In this document: piece by piece, positions 62,852 to 64,000 of the stretch
How positions within the stretch are numbered: position 1 is the first letter of the stretch
Layout: each line of letters begins with the position of its first letter
Assembly: GCF_963921235.1 (NCBI RefSeq)
Contig: NC_086097.1
Coordinates: forward strand, 165,914,001 to 165,978,000
Source: Mobula hypostoma
Lineage: Eukaryota
Length of the DNA stretch: 64,000 bases
Direction of reading: 5' to 3'
Translations under genes and position numbers: made by a program
Notes under the pieces: model-generated
What the model saw: the letters and a program-made list of their open reading frames with translations, nothing else
Database searches by the model: none
What the model was told of the DNA's origin: nothing

Positions 62852-63152
62852 CTCATAAAAGTTGCTGGTGAACGCAGCAGGCCAGGCAGCATCTCTAGGA
62901 AGAGGTACAGTTGACATTTCGGGCCGAGACCCTTCGTCAGGACTAATTGAAAGAAGAGATAGTAAGAGATTTGAAAGTGGGAGGGGGAGGAAATCTCTTA
63001 CTATCTTTTCTTTCAGTTAGTCCTGACGAAGGGTCTCGGCCTGAAACTTCGACCGTACCTCTTCCTAGAGATGCTGCCTGGCCTGCTGCGTTCACCAGCA
63101 ACTTTGATGTGTGTTGCTTGAAATTCCAGCATCTGCAGAATTCCTCGTGTTT
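62852..63152. mobile_element. Fold-back Penelope-derived element, inserted in an older Penelope ORF-end remnant (~62600-63202)
   Basis: 13-bp TSD GCATGTTACAACG (62839-62851, 63153-63165); inverted arms with CTGACGA..GAAA motifs. The host reads ..HIIFYLGMLQ|..LNNKFNHFR*, resembling a Penelope C-terminus. Confidence 0.82.
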
Positions 63153-63304
63153 GCATGTTACAACGTTTGAGACTTAACAATAAATTTAACCATTTCAGAT
63201 AACTACACTTTTCCTTGTCATCACAGTTGTGGCTGTGCTATTCTGCATCACTGATTACATCAACTTCTGTGTGGACTGCAATGTTCCGACAAGAACTGTC
63301 CTTT

Positions 63305-64000
63305 GTTATTCAAATAACAAGCCACGGGTAACAAAGGACATTAAGGACATCCTGAACGCTAAAAAGAGGGTGTTTAGAGATGGAAATGGGAGGAGCTGAG
63401 GGCAATACAGAGGGACCTGAAAGCCAGGATCAGGGAGGCTAAAGACAGGTACAGGAGGAAGCTTGAGTGGAAACTCCAGCAGAACAACATGAGAGAGGTC
63501 TGGAGGGGGATAAGGACCATCACTGGGTTCCGGCAAACTAGCAACAGAGGAGCTGAAGGCAATGTGGTCAGGGCCAACAAACTTTTAACCTGTTCTTTAA
63601 CAAATTTGACATTGTGGCCCCTGCCCATCCCCCACGAGTCATCTGTTGTTGGCCCCCAACCAACACATATTCCACTCTCCCCTCCTACCCCTCCTCACAG
63701 TCCCCCACCCTGCTCTCATGACTATACCCCTCCCCCACACAAAACCACCACGGTGGGCTTCACGGCTGAACAGGTGAGAAGACAGCTGAAATGTCTCAGC
63801 CCAAGCAAGGCTGCAGGACCGGATGGTGTCAGTACCAGGGTGCTCAAAGCCTGTGCCCCTCAGCAATGTGGAGTACTTCGCCATGTCTTCAACCTGAGTC
63901 TGAGGCTCCGGAGGGTTCCTGTATTGTGGAAGACGTCCTGCCTCGTCCCTGTGCCGAAGACACCGCGCCCCAGCGGCCTCAATGACTACAGACCGGTGGC
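63305..64000 (+). mobile_element. Rex1-type LINE ORF fragment running off the window
   Basis: Plus strand reads NNKPRVTKDIKDILNAKKRVFRDG.. then KAAGPDGVSTRVLKAC.. and LVPVPKTPRPSGLNDYRPVA. Confidence 0.88.

Overview
Eukaryotic, repeat-rich vertebrate DNA. The repeat landscape (CR1, Rex1/Babar, RTE, V-SINE, Deu-SINE, Penelope derivatives) suggests a cartilaginous fish, probably a ray; this is an inference. Only two host genes are supported: the last coding exon of VAPA (+, 6005-6166) and the last two coding exons of APCDD1 (-, 39876-39555 and 37195-36762), arranged tail-to-tail about 30 kb apart. Most of the rest is decayed, often nested transposable elements: two Tc1 copies, a pogo/Tigger-like and a PIF/Harbinger MITE, three solo LTRs, many CR1, Rex1/Babar and RTE LINEs, and SINEs. 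Almost all short ORFs in the track are TE fragments or noise. The most interesting non-coding signals are (i) a ~550-bp TSD-bounded non-autonomous retroelement (two copies) whose 5' end folds by eye as an HDV-like self-cleaving ribozyme with an atypical hairpin inserted in L3, and (ii) fold-back Penelope-derived inserts with 13-14-bp TSDs carrying minimal hammerhead ribozyme cores. No novel protein-coding system, CRISPR array or prokaryotic feature is supported. All comparisons to human sequence or gene order are from memory and need checking.
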